Of a DNA stretch of 64,000 nt, positions 12,898-53,969 are shown piece after piece. How positions within the stretch are numbered: the stretch's first letter is position 1; every line of letters starts with the position of its first letter. Source of the stretch: Lama glama (taxonomy: Eukaryota); NCBI GenBank assembly GCA_028534125.1, contig CM052833.1, forward strand, positions 19,096,001 to 19,160,000, given 5' to 3'. A program made the position numbers and the translations under genes. The notes below the pieces were generated by a model, which saw nothing but the letters and a program-made list of their open reading frames with translations, did not search any database and was not told where the DNA came from.

Positions 12898-15800
12898 AAC
12901 ATGACATGGCACAATCCGGCTGCACTTCAGGTGAGCTGGGTTTCCTCTTATGGACGTTGACCAGTCACGGAACGTGAGAGCTGGGAGAGAATTTAGAGGC
13001 CCTCTGGTCCCACTCACCCACTGCCCAACAGGCAGACTGATTTTATCTGAACCCAGACTTCCAGGAGGTGGGCTTAAGGATCACATCAGCGTTTCAGTTC
13101 ACTTTCCAGTCCAACAAAACAGGCTGCAGCCCCCCCTCCACCACCGCCTGGCTATCCAGGGAGTTACAATTCCACAAACACAGCACTGCTTCATGGTCAC
13201 ACGTCCCCCACCTGTCTGACCCTTGTCTAGGAAAGACACAGGAAACAGGGTTTACATTTTTGTTCCCAACTCCGCACAAAAGTGGCCGAGGTGGGGTGAG
13301 GGGAGGCATGCCTGTCACCTGACCGTTACCACTGTCTGAATGAGCTCAACTCAGAAATGGAGGGGGTGGCCGGGGCTGCAAGGGAGGGGGCCATCTCCTC
13401 AGTTCTTTGCTGTTACTTATTCAACCTAGTTAGACAGCCAAGCAGTTGGCCGTGTCCCAGCCAGCACAGGGCTGGCACACGACAGACACACAGCTCAAGC
13501 TGGTGGGTTAGATCTCAAGGAACTGTGTCCCCTGCTTCCCAGTGACCATCATGTCCCCAGAGCCTGGACTTCTGGAAGGAACAGGGTTTGCACTTGGCTC
13601 CTGTGGATAAACTTGCCCTGTTTTGAAGACCTCCAGCCTTTGGAAGCCCTTGGGAGATGGCGTCCTGGCCGCTGCCTCTCCGACCTTCTCTGTCCCGGGT
13701 CAGAGGGCAAGCACCACACTCTTGGCCGAAGATTTTTACCTACAAAACCCAGAGACTACTGCTGGCTGGCTGTGTCCCCTACTCTCTGGGCTAAATCTTT
13801 CAGTTCATCCACCATCACTGTTCCATTTGCAAAGTTTCCAAACGTACAGGCAAGCTTAAAGAATGGTATCACAGCAAAACACACAGCCACACCCTGGTCT
13901 GGATGCGGCTTTGTGACCATGTGGCTGCATTTCTTCCTTTCTGAGCACACACACCCATTTCTTCTATGAAGCGCGTGAAAGCAGGCTGCCTGGACCCCTA
14001 CACGTCATCACCACACTTAAAATAACACCAGTTAGACGTCATCCCCCAGTTGTTCTCCAAATGCATGCGAGCGATGACAGTGACAGCTCCCCTCCGGGTC
14101 CGACCAGGGCCAGTGCGTCTCCTTCATGGTTCTCTTCTACTCTCATTTTTTTTTCCTGAACAATCTTTGTGGCTTTATTCTGAACTCGCTGAGTTTCCCA
14201 GATCTCCTGTAATTAGATTTACACAGGAATAGAAGGCCTTGCCCCTCTGGACTCGCACATCTAGGAAGGCAGCCCCTCAGAGGCCCTCACTTGGGGCCAC
14301 CTTCGTTGCTGAGAAAGCAGGCCCTTGCATCTTAAAGTAAAACCAGAGGTGCCTGCTGCCCTCGGAAGTGCTGAGCTGGCCTGTCTTTAAGCAGAATAAC
14401 GAATCTGCAAGGCAGATTCCAAATTGCTTTGCTGAAGGTGCCAGGCATCAGGGAATCCTAACCCAAGAGTCAGCTTGGAGCTGCTCATCCCGGGTGGTGG
14501 CCAGAGCCCACTCACCTTGGCGACGGGAGAGCCACAACCAGTCCCAGCACCTGCCCCTCCCCGCGCAGGGCACAGGTGCGTAGCCGCGCCCTCCCCAAGA
14601 ACCACCCTCCTTTCACCAAGAGTCACATCACATAAAAGCACCTAACTCCTCTGTCGCCGTGCACTTCAGACACACGCGGGGAGGACTGAGCCCCTGTCCC
14701 CTGGGTTGGAGGTGCTTTTCAATACCGTGTCCAGACCGGGGCAGTCCCCAGAAACCTTACTCCAAGTGGTGACCACGGAGCACAGAGGAGGGGGCGAGGG
14801 ACTGTGGGAACAGACAGGACTCGAGGACCTAGAACTCTGTCGCCACCCAGACCTGGTCCTGGGCTGCACCCGTCCCTGCAGGGCCTGGGACATGCCCACC
14901 CGGGGTGCACGGCACTGCCTGCACCCTAGGACCTCAGGACTCCCTGCCCGAGCAGCCCTGAACCTAGTGACCATGACAGGGATGTGGCCCAGGGACAGCC
15001 ATGTGGGCTGGGTGTGCACGGGAGATGCTTCCCAGGGTGGGTCAGGCAAGGAAAGAGGCCAGCCCTCTGCCTCCACCACCCCTGATGCAAATCCCAAGGA
15101 GTCAGAGAACCCTACATTGGAACTGGCTCTCCAGACAGGAAGGTGAGTTGTGGAGGTAGGAGGGCAGAACGCACACTCCAAGGGTTCTGCAAGCTCGACT
15201 GGCGATGCTACGTCTTCAGCCCTGCTCGTGGTGGGCCGCTCACTGCCCCCGCCCCAGCTGCAGTGACACCTACCTGGGAGGGTTGTCATGCAGATTCTGT
15301 ACAAAAGCATCCAGCAAAAAGCCCTCGTCACCCACGCTCCCTCCTCGTGGTGTGGATGGCAGGTTGGGGTGGTCACCAGGGAGTGTCCATCAGAAACTCA
15401 AGTATAAGTCAGCTTCCCCCATCCACTCCATTCCGGGTGACCCCGGGGCCACACTGACACCTACTCTCTGGCTCCAGCAAAGACCTTGGACTCAAATTCT
15501 GCCGAAGGACTAGCTCTGAAGAGGTGGCTGTTTCAGCAAAGTCCTGAAGCTGCCAATAGGACCGTCTTCTTTAAACTCCTTAGGGGCTGGCCTGACTGAG
15601 TGGCCAGCGCCGAGCAACGTCTCTGCCAGGAACCACAGGCCCTCCACTCCCCAGCTCCCTGCCCCAGACGCCACACCAGCCCTCAGATAAAGGGAGCATT
15701 TCCTTGCAGTCAGTCATTAAGTTGAACAAGTAAGGTGAGCCGATGGGACGAGGGAAGCGGGAGACTGGGTCATCTTGGTTCGTGATGGACGGGAATGGGC

Positions 15801-17710
15801 AGGGCCTCAGCCAGGTCACCTGCTTCCCCAGGCGTCCTGCGTGTAAGCAGAGATGTGAGGCCCTACAGGAAGGCCAAGTGGCAGCAGTGCAGGGCGGGGG
15901 GCAGGGGGCAGGGATCCAGTTGAAAGAAATTAAGCCCTGAAATTGGGAATGTTTGAAAAACTCCAAGAAAGAATGTTTCTAAGCTTTCCACCTCTTTCCA
16001 ACCACACACACGTTAGGATTTTCCCCGAGTTTTCGAGTATCTAAAAGGAAACTGTGAGTCACAGAACAGCTGCTTCCTCATCGGCAGGCACTTCCACTTG
16101 GGGGGGGGCGGGCAGCCCCTGGTTTCAGTCTCCTTCATGGAAGTGTTCTGGGGAGGACACACACACTCATGTCCGCCAGGACAACCCTTCCATTTCAGAG
16201 ACTTGCAAACTGAAGCGCAGAGGACGTGCGGGGACACAGAGCTCACCGGAAACGGAGGAGGACCTGAAATCAAGTCACCCCGACTCACTGCGCGGTGGTC
16301 ATTCCACAGGACCGCCCAGAAGGGGGCTGCTGCTCCCGGAGGAACTGACTCCCACCCAGAGGTGGCTCTGCCTTGCCGCCCGGCACACGGGGACACCTGC
16401 TGCGCAGAAGCACTCCAGCGAGCGAGCTGGCCGGCCGGGGCTGCCACCCGGGGGCCCTGGAGGGAGCCCCGGGCGTCCGGGTGGAGCTCGCCCGGGGGGG
16501 GCGGGCAGCAGGGGCCCGGGCTGCGTGGGGCAAACCGGCCCTGCGGGGAGTGAGGCCGACTGAGCAGGGAGAGTGGGGGCCCAGAGCCCAGGGGGCCTGA
16601 CGCAGGCGGCTACCGAGTGAGGGCTGTTTACCTGCTGGAGGGGCCGTCGGGGAAACTCGGCGATGGGCGAGCCCGGCGCGCCCCGCGTTATGTTAGGAAT
16701 GCAGAGCCTGGGGTCACACAGCAGAACGGCCTGCGGGCCCGCGAGGGCTGAGCTCACTCCGCCGGGAATCCCCTCGGAGAGAGAAGGCAGCCCAGCCCCG
16801 TACGACCAACGCTTCCTTCCTGCGGACTCACTCCCCCGGCCCTGTACTTACCCGCACACAGGACGTCCGCGTCCACACCCCCCCCGCGACAGCAAAAAGG
16901 AGTCCCCGGCCGCACGCGCACGGGACGTGACGGCACCGGGGCCGAGAGCCCACCCCTGCGCCCTCCCGGGCCGCGGCGCCTTCCTCAGTGACTCGGGCTG
17001 GGGCGGCTGCGTAGACGCCCGTGCAGGGCGTGTGTGTTGGTTTTCTGGTCCGGTCGTGTGTTCCCTTTGACCAGACTCCACCACAGACGGTTCGGGTCGA
17101 CAGAGCGGAATGGTACCGGTAGAGGCAGGACGGGGGGACACAGGAACGCGCGCCCGCGGCGGGGTTGGGGGACAAGGGTCAGACTCACCCCGAAAGACGC
17201 CACTCCCGTGTCCCGCAGCCCCTCTACCCGCTGGGCGTGAACCCGAGGCCGAGGGGTCCCCGGTCTCCCTCCCCCCACCCCGGTGGGCGGCAAGCCGGGG
17301 AGAGGCGCTAGTCCTTCCGGCCGCCGGCCGCCCACCAGCTGCGTCTGCGCCCGGGCCCGCTCGAATGGGCGCTCCAGGGACCGGCTCTTTCCCGGCCCGG
17401 CCCCCGAGGGGGGTCCGTCCACTCCCTCGCAGCGTCGAGGCGGCATCGGGAGAACAGCCAGGGGTTAGGGAGCCAGGCATCCGCAGGCGGCGAGGTGCCT
17501 GGAGAGAGAGGCCCGGGGGGCGGTGAGGGGAGCGGGGAGGGGCAGGGGGAGGCGCACGGACGGCGGGGGCGGAGGGGGCGCGCCCGGGGGCGGGCGGACC
17601 GCGGCCATTGGCCCGGGCGGCCGGGGGAGGGCCGGGGAGGGGCGCCGTGCGCAGGGTCAAGAGCCCGGAGCTGCGGGGCCCGCAGTCGCCCTGCGGTCCG
17701 AGCGCGCGCC

Positions 17711-24139
<6,429 letters not shown>

Positions 24140-24368
24140 TGTGGTCCCTGCCGCCACCACCCCGGGCCCAGACGTCCTCCCTCCAGCTCCAGTGGCCGAG
24201 CGGAGCCCTGGTCTGAGTACATGGGTCCAGGCCCCTTGGGAAGGCAGCGGGACTGCCCTGCCAGCCACCCGGGATAAAGGACACCAGAATGCAGGGACCG
24301 GCGGCCCTACCCAACGACGTCAGACCAGAGATCTCCACCTGAGGGCTTGAAAGAATGCACGGGCCATA

Positions 24369-24390
24369 AATAAAGGGCTGGAGAAATAAA
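24369..24390 (+). terminator. Candidate TUBB6 poly(A) signals (AATAAA at 24369 and 24385; a third at 24532)
   Basis: AATAAA hexamers 230-400 bp after the TUBB6 stop codon. Confidence 0.6.
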
Positions 24391-26294
24391 GCTTCACCTT
24401 CTGTTAAGTGTTCAACCAGGGTTGAGAATCAGGGGGAGTTAGAAACAGTGTGTGTTCATGCTGTGGGGACACCGGGCGCTGTGAGGCACTGCCCCACAAT
24501 GTGCGGCCCCGCACTTGGAAACCACCCTCCTAATAAAACCCTGCACTGCCTTTGTCTCCTCTAGCCTCTGCTTCCCCATGGTCCCCCCGTCAGGAGGGCT
24601 GTCCCTGCAGCACGCTCGGTGCGGGGGAGGGCTGGCCTGAGGGTCTTTAACAGTGGCCAGGCCCTCTGGCGGGACAGTAGCACACCCACAGATAAAGCCG
24701 CGTCCCCAGTTGCAGCCAGCACTCGCACCCCCGCAGAATCTTTCACTTCCCTGCCTCCAGCCCTGGCTGGTCTGCCCAGCCTTCCCTGACAGCCCTGCTG
24801 AGATCCAGCTGACATTCACCGGAGCTCAGAAAATGACCTTCCAGCCCAAGATGCTGGGCGGGGGCGGCCCTGGGGGCTACCGGCTTCCTTCTAGGGGGAG
24901 GTGGGGAAGGGCTCTTTCCCAGGTAACAGGCGAGGAGTCACTCCAGGTGGAGGCACTTTAACGCCAGTGCTAGACCCTCCGCTCACCTCTCCACCCCCTC
25001 GTGGGGACACCAAAGATCTGCTGAGCTGAACCCCCGCCCCACAGCGCCCCAGAGTGAACCACTGAACACGCAGCATAGCTTGAACTGAGGTGGGAACAGA
25101 TTCTGTTCTTGCAGAAACCTGAATGGTTGTCAGACTATGCAGAAGAATCCTGCCACCCCGTCTAAGCTGGACACGGACGAGGTCTGCCTGACCTTGGAGC
25201 AGATGGGTCAGGCTAGTCAGGCCCTGACACGCTCGCGCTCTGGGCTGTAGGCCGCTGGCCATGCAGGCCTTCCCTGTGCGGGGGGCCGTGGGTCACCTCC
25301 TGGCCCGCAGTCCCGCACAGCTGTCAGTTCTGCCAAGACAGGCCCGACTCACATCTGGCCCAACCCTGGGGGCTCCGCTGGGACCCGCAGGCTGGCACCC
25401 TTCCCACAGAGAGGGAGTAAGTCACCCTCACCCACGGGCTTCGCTGACCGACCCGCCACTGCATGCTCTGAGGAAGGGAGGCGGGGACACAGGGCTCCTG
25501 CAGCCCCGGGCTCCCAGGACGGAGGGGCCTGCCCGGGCCGCCTGCTGCCCACTGGTCGGCTCCTGCAGGGACACTGCCCCGTGCTGCACCTTAAGTCTGA
25601 CAGTCACGGGCCCACAACACTTACCTGCATCAGGAACACACAAGGCAAGCTGGAGTAACACTAAAGGAGGCTGCTGAGAAAGTGCAGAAAATGCAGCAAT
25701 GTTCAGCGCCTCCAAGTTCAAAAGGCAGCGTCTGGAGCTTCCCTGAGTTTCCCTGTGCCTCCTCAGGTGGCAGTTCTGACCGAGGTCTGCAGCGTGTGGA
25801 CCCTGCGTCTCTGCAGCCTGGCACACACAACTCCCCCAACGGGACCAGCGAGCTCACGACGTGGACCTTGGCCTGGACCTCTGGGACATGCAGGGGGGCA
25901 GACTCCCCAGCTCAGGGCAAGGCCCTGCTCTGCCATCCTGGGCGGCCTGGACAGCCCACGACAGTCACAGACCGGCTTCCAGACCATGCAGAGGGACCAA
26001 GGCCTGCTCGTGACCCGCAGAGTGAGGACGTGACCCGCCACCATCGTCACCTGGCACCGACTCACTTGGTGTCAACACTCTTTACTCCCAGAGTCATCCT
26101 TCCGGGCGGGACGCACAAATCCAAAGGGGCTGAGCCTCTTGGAGCTGAGGAGGACCCGCCAGCCTGGATGCTGAAGGATTCCTCCCTAAAAAGCAACAAC
26201 TTTTCATTCCTTTCCATTATGTTTTCTGAAAGTATCCGACGCGTAACCCGGGACCCTCTGTGTGTTCACAAGGAAAGAAGTGCAGTGTTTGTAC

Positions 26295-26300
26295 TTTATT
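26295..26300 (-). terminator. AFG3L2 poly(A) signal (AATAAA on the - strand)
   Basis: TTTATT on the + strand at the end of an AT-rich 3' UTR block, about 430 bp beyond the stop codon. Confidence 0.75.
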
Positions 26301-26729
26301 TTTGACATAAAGAAGCTGTATTTACATAATACATTCATTTTTTTAAATATGTTACACTCTCCGTAGAAAAACATTCTATCGCAAAAGAGCAACATGTGAT
26401 CTGGACTCAATCTCTAAAATATTAAATCAAATGAAAATACTCTATCAGGACTCCAGTTTAATTTCACAGCCATCACAGAGGGAGACCCTGAAGGAGTGAA
26501 GAGGGGTGAGGTGAGAATAAGGCCCCCCGAATCCGGCCCCAACAGGGGCACGGGACCCGCTAACCCAGCCGCTGCCCGAGGGCCCGAGGCGGGGCACGTC
26601 CCCCGCCCCCAACTTCCCTGTCACCTGGGCTGCAGCCGGCTGACACGACGTCGCAGGGCCTCCTGCGAGCCGGCGCTGACATCGTGTGCACACCGAGGCT
26701 GCGACACAAGACGCGCCACAACGCCCCCC

Positions 26730-49665
<22,936 letters not shown>

Positions 49666-50134
49666 GGTCGCCGGCGGCCCCCTCGGACCGCGCCGGACGA
49701 GCAGGCGGCCTCGGATCGCCTGGCAGGCTAGAAGCAGCGGCCACGGGACGGCGCGCCCGCGACCCCACGCTCTCCTCGCCCCCGCCACGCCCCGGCGCGC
49801 TGACGTCAGCCGCACGGGGGCGTGTCCTCGCGCGCAGGAACGCGGCTCCGCCTCCGCTGCGCCCTCCCTTGGCCAGGGACAGAGGCGGGGCCTAAGGGGA
49901 GGAGCTCAGAGGCCGAGGGCGAGGCTGGAGGCGGGCCTAGTGGGGGACTTGGAGGCGATGTGGGCGGAGCTGAGGGTGGGGCTAAGGGAGGGGCGGGGCC
50001 GGGCGCGTGCGGCTGCGCTGGAACGGCTGGAGCACGGGAGGGCCATGCAGAGGTGCTTGAGACCCGACATATGACTCCTTTTCCTCAGCGCGGAGGCCAT
50101 CTTCCACACTTTTGGTCTCTCTCGGTAGGTCCTT

Positions 50135-50245
50135 CGTCAAATACTTTATTGAGCGTCCATTCCTTGGCGCCGTCTCTGTGGCAGGCTCCGTCTGTCCTAG
50201 GCTCTGGAAGAGCCGAGAACGAACAGCCCTGATCTCTCAGAGAGC
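50135..50245. mobile_element. Degenerate L2 3' end between the AFG3L2 promoter and the tandem array
   Basis: caaatactttattgagcg..tgtggcaggctccg..tcctaggctctgg..gaacagccctgatctctc resembles the L2 terminal consensus. Confidence 0.5.
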
Positions 50246-50269
50246 AGTGCAAGTGTCACAACCACGGAG

Positions 50270-53050
50270 CCTAGGGAGACAGTGACGCCGTCAGGAGCCC
50301 TGCGACGCGGCGTGCTTACTCATTGACATTGACATCGACAGCTCTGAAGCGGGGAGGGCGTGGCCTGTGACGTAGGGACCCTGGGGGAGGAGGGCGTGGC
50401 CTTGACGTCATGGACCTGGGGACTGGGATGGCGCAGGCTGTGACGCCAAGAAGCCTGAGACGAGGCTGGCGCACACAGTGACACAAGCAATTCTGAGACG
50501 GGGAGGGCGTGGCCTGTGAAATCGGGGACTCTGGGAGGATGGAGCGTGGCCAATGACGTCAGGGACCCTGAGCCAGGACGGCGCAGACTGTGACGTCAGG
50601 AGGCCTGCGACTGGACCGGTGTAGAGTGACATCAGGAAGCTGGCCATGGAGAAGGAAGACTGTGATGTTGGGAACCCTTTCACAGGGAGGGTGTAGACTG
50701 AGATCAGGAACACTGCGATGGGACGGGTGTAGACTGTGACGGAGAGAGTGCAGACTGACGTCAGGAACCCTGCGACTGATGGCGCGGGCTGTGAGGTCAG
50801 AAACCCCGGGAAGCGGAGGGTGAGACTGTGACCTCGGGAACCCAGCGACAAAGAGGGCGAAGTGTGTGATGTCATGAACCCTGTTAGGAGAATGGTGCAG
50901 ACTGCGACATTAGGAACATGTTGTGGGGAGGGCGCACACTGTGACGCCAGAGACTGCGACTGAGGACGCAGCTGTGACGTCATGAACTCTGATCTGGTGG
51001 GTGTAGACTGTGACCTCAGGAACTCTGCGACTGAGGGCGCAGGTTGTGACGTACACAACCCTGCGACCAGGTGAGCATAGCCTGTGATGTCATGGACTCA
51101 GACGGAGGACGCAGCTGTGACAACAGGGCCTCTGCGACTGAGGACTCAGGCTGTGACCTCAGGAACCCCGTGACAGTGAGGGCAAAGTGAGTGATGTCAC
51201 GAACCATGTTACGATGAGGGTGTGTGAAGGAAAAGCTGGGCTGGGCCTACTCGTAAATCGAAGTTTAACAAGTGTCGGATTACTGACCTGAGTTTTGCTG
51301 GCCTAACTCATAAATCTGTGTGTTGGTTTGCTCATTCCCTCCTCACGTTTTTTTTTTTTTGCTAGTCAGGTAAATTTTCAGAGAGACATATCTGGCCTTG
51401 GAATGTCAGTTTGCTGCCTCCCTGACTCTGCTTTTGTGATAATGATGCTGCTCAGGGTGTTCCATGCCTATTGGCGAATACCCCTAGCTTGTAATTAACT
51501 CTATAAAACCTCATGCACACGTTTTGGAGGTGCTCAGAGCTTCGGAGCAGAAGCCCCTCTGAGCCCAACGGCATAATAAATCTGAGTACTCCAACCTTCC
51601 GAGTGGTGCTTGTTTCTTGGCTGGTCTGTCGTTTCCGTAACAGGTGCAGACTGCGACGTTAGGAACGTGTTGCGGGAGGGCACACACTGACGTCTATGAC
51701 TCTCAGAAAACCCGAGAAGAGAAGGGCCAAGACTGTGACCTGAGGAACCCAGCGACAGGGAGGGCGAAGTGAGTGATGTTGCAAACCCTGTTATGAGGAG
51801 GGTGCAGACTGCGAGGTTAGGAATATATTGCTGGGAGGGCACATACTGTGACGTGATGGACTGTGAGACTGAGGACGCAGGTGTGATACCATGGACTCTG
51901 CGACTGACGGCGCCTGCTGTGATGTCATGACCGCGACAGATTGGTCTCAGGATGTGACGTCATGGGCTGTGCGACGGGGCTCAGTTTGTGGCGTACAGAG
52001 CCCTGCGACCCAGTGGGCGCAGGCAATGACGTCATGGAGTCGGCTATTGAGGACGCAGCTGTGACTACAGGGCGTCTGTGACTTAGGACGCAGGCTGTGA
52101 TGTCAGGGCTTCTGTGACTGAAGACGCAGGCTTTGACAGGGAGGGCGACCGAGAGGGCGAAGTGTGTGATGTCATGAACCCTGTTATGAGGAGGGTGCAG
52201 AATGCAACAGTTAGGAACATGTTGTGGGGATGGCGCACACTGTGACAGGGGCTCTGCGACTGGGTGGGCAAGGCTATGACGTCATAGAGTCTGCGACTGA
52301 GGTCGCAGCTGTGACAACAGGGTCTCTGTGACTGAGGACATAGGCTGTGACCTCAGGAACCCAGCGACAGGGAGGATGAAGTGTGTGATGTCACGAACCC
52401 TATTATGAGGAGGGTGCAGACTGCAACGTTAGGAACATGTTGCGGGGAGGGCACACACTCTGGCGTCAAGGACTCTGAGACGTGGTGGGCGCAGGCTATG
52501 ACATCATGGCATCTGCGACTGGGTGGGCGCAGGTGTGATGTCAGGTACTGTGCGACTGAGGACGTAGTGGTGATGTCATGGACTCTGCGACTGGGTGGGC
52601 GCAGGCTGTGATGTCAGGGACTCTGCGACTGAGGGCTCAGGTTGTGACGTACACAATCTTGAGACCGAGTGGGCGCTGAATGTGATGTCAGGGACTCTGC
52701 GACTGAGGATGCAGATGGTGGCGTCATGACTCTGCGACTTAGAGCGCAGGCTGTGACGTACAGAACCCTGTAACCAAGTAGGCGCAGGCTGTGACGTCAG
52801 AAAGCCTAGGACGATAAGGGCTAAGACTGTGACCTCAGGAACCCAGGGACAAGGAGGGCGAAGTGTGTGATGTCACCAACCCTATTATGAGGAGGGTGCA
52901 GTCTGCGACGTTAGGAACTGTTGCAGGGAGGGCGCACACTCTGACGTCAGAGACTCTGCGACTGGGGACGCAGCTGTGACGTCAGGACCCTGGGATGGGA
53001 GGATGCAGGCTGTGAACTTTGACGGTGAGGGTGTGTAGTGACGTCAGGAA
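50270..53050. repeat. Diverged tandem array, ~36 bp monomer (approximate consensus GACTCTGCGACTGAGGGCGCAGGCTGTGACGTCAGG) with a higher-order unit
   Basis: CTGCGACT...GCAGGCTGTGAYGTCA recurs at 35-37 bp spacing; six copies of a distinctive ~110 bp sub-block. Confidence 0.92.
51223..51642 (+). mobile_element. Solo LTR (420 bp), probably ERV1 / gamma-like
   Basis: TG...CA termini; 4 bp TSD GGTG (51219-51222 and 51643-51646); TATAAAA at 51502; AATAAA at 51575. Removing it restores the repeat text atgagggtg-cagactgcgacgttaggaac. Confidence 0.88.
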
Positions 53051-53969
53051 CCAGGCCCACAGCAGGTAAAACTGTGTGGGGTCAGCCTTGCCTTGAGAGA
53101 AACTTCTGCCCCCAGACATGCTGGGGTAACAGGGCGACTCCTTGTGACCGTATTGCAGAGGGAGGTTGGCTCTGGACCTTGTGTGTTGTGCCTGTGTGGC
53201 TGTGGAGCCTCCTTGTCTGCTTCTGTGGTTACCTCAGTCTGACCAGCGGTATTGACGTCGTGCCGCGGGTTTTGTGAGCAGCTGCGGGTACTACCCCCGC
53301 TCAACCAGAAGGTCCAGGTCTGGCCTGTGGTCGAGAACGAAATTTGCTAGTGAGGCCAGAGAAGTACAGGGTCCTTGTAAAGCATCCGTCGTATTTTAGG
53401 ATAATTTCTCAAGGTCTGGCGTGAGATTCTGTAGACTGGTTTCATGGTTTGTGAAACCTTCCCCTGGGACCCCCAGTCTGAGAGCAACCCCACTCCTGCC
53501 AGGCTGGGTCCTGGTGCCCTTTAAGTCAGGGCCAGGTGACATTACGAATGGTCATACCTGGGCTCCTGGAACTTGGCCGGCCTAGCGTGCATTGCGCACA
53601 AAGTGGGCTTTATCTAAGCAAGGACAGGCCAGAGCCTGTCCCGGGGAAGGGACAGAGGACTTGGGGGTGTTCTGATGAGACAGCTGATTCACTCTTGGGC
53701 CGCAGAAGATCCGGCACCCGGGGTGGGGGGGTGCAGGCGTGGTGCACTTCTGAGGAGCTGAACCACCTCCGTAAGCAGCCAGCCCGAGGCGGAGTGTCCT
53801 TGCAGTGTGGGAAGAGAGGCCCGCCTGCACAGCGGGGCCACTGGGGGATTCGTGCCTAGTGGCTTTTACCTGCCCCCCCCCGCCTTAGGTGGGCCATATG
53901 CTAAACACCTGGCAGCTGGCGTCTTCCCTCCCCACTGAGCGCACCTCCTGACTGATTCCTGTGCGTATT

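Noticed and set aside
7300-16300. Numerous 60-240 aa ORFs between CIDEA and TUBB6, and at 53-63 kb
   Set aside because: No recognisable domains or consistent exon structure; expected by chance at this GC content. Several overlap faint MIR/L2/MER-like remnants that I could not delimit confidently.
49666-49815. In-frame N-terminal extension of AFG3L2 in ORF 49117..49815
   Set aside because: No upstream ATG; the real start has good Kozak context (ACCATGG) and begins the known MAHRC targeting peptide.
50408-51058. 216 aa minus-strand ORF with TSQPAPSVAxFL repeats, plus smaller ORFs in the array
   Set aside because: By-product of a 36 bp GC-rich monomer; the frame shifts between monomer phases and is broken elsewhere in the array; no recognisable domain.
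50270-53050. CRISPR-like appearance (palindromic core recurring every ~36 bp)
   Set aside because: Mammalian locus; the intervening sequences are homologous to each other rather than unique spacers; no cas genes.
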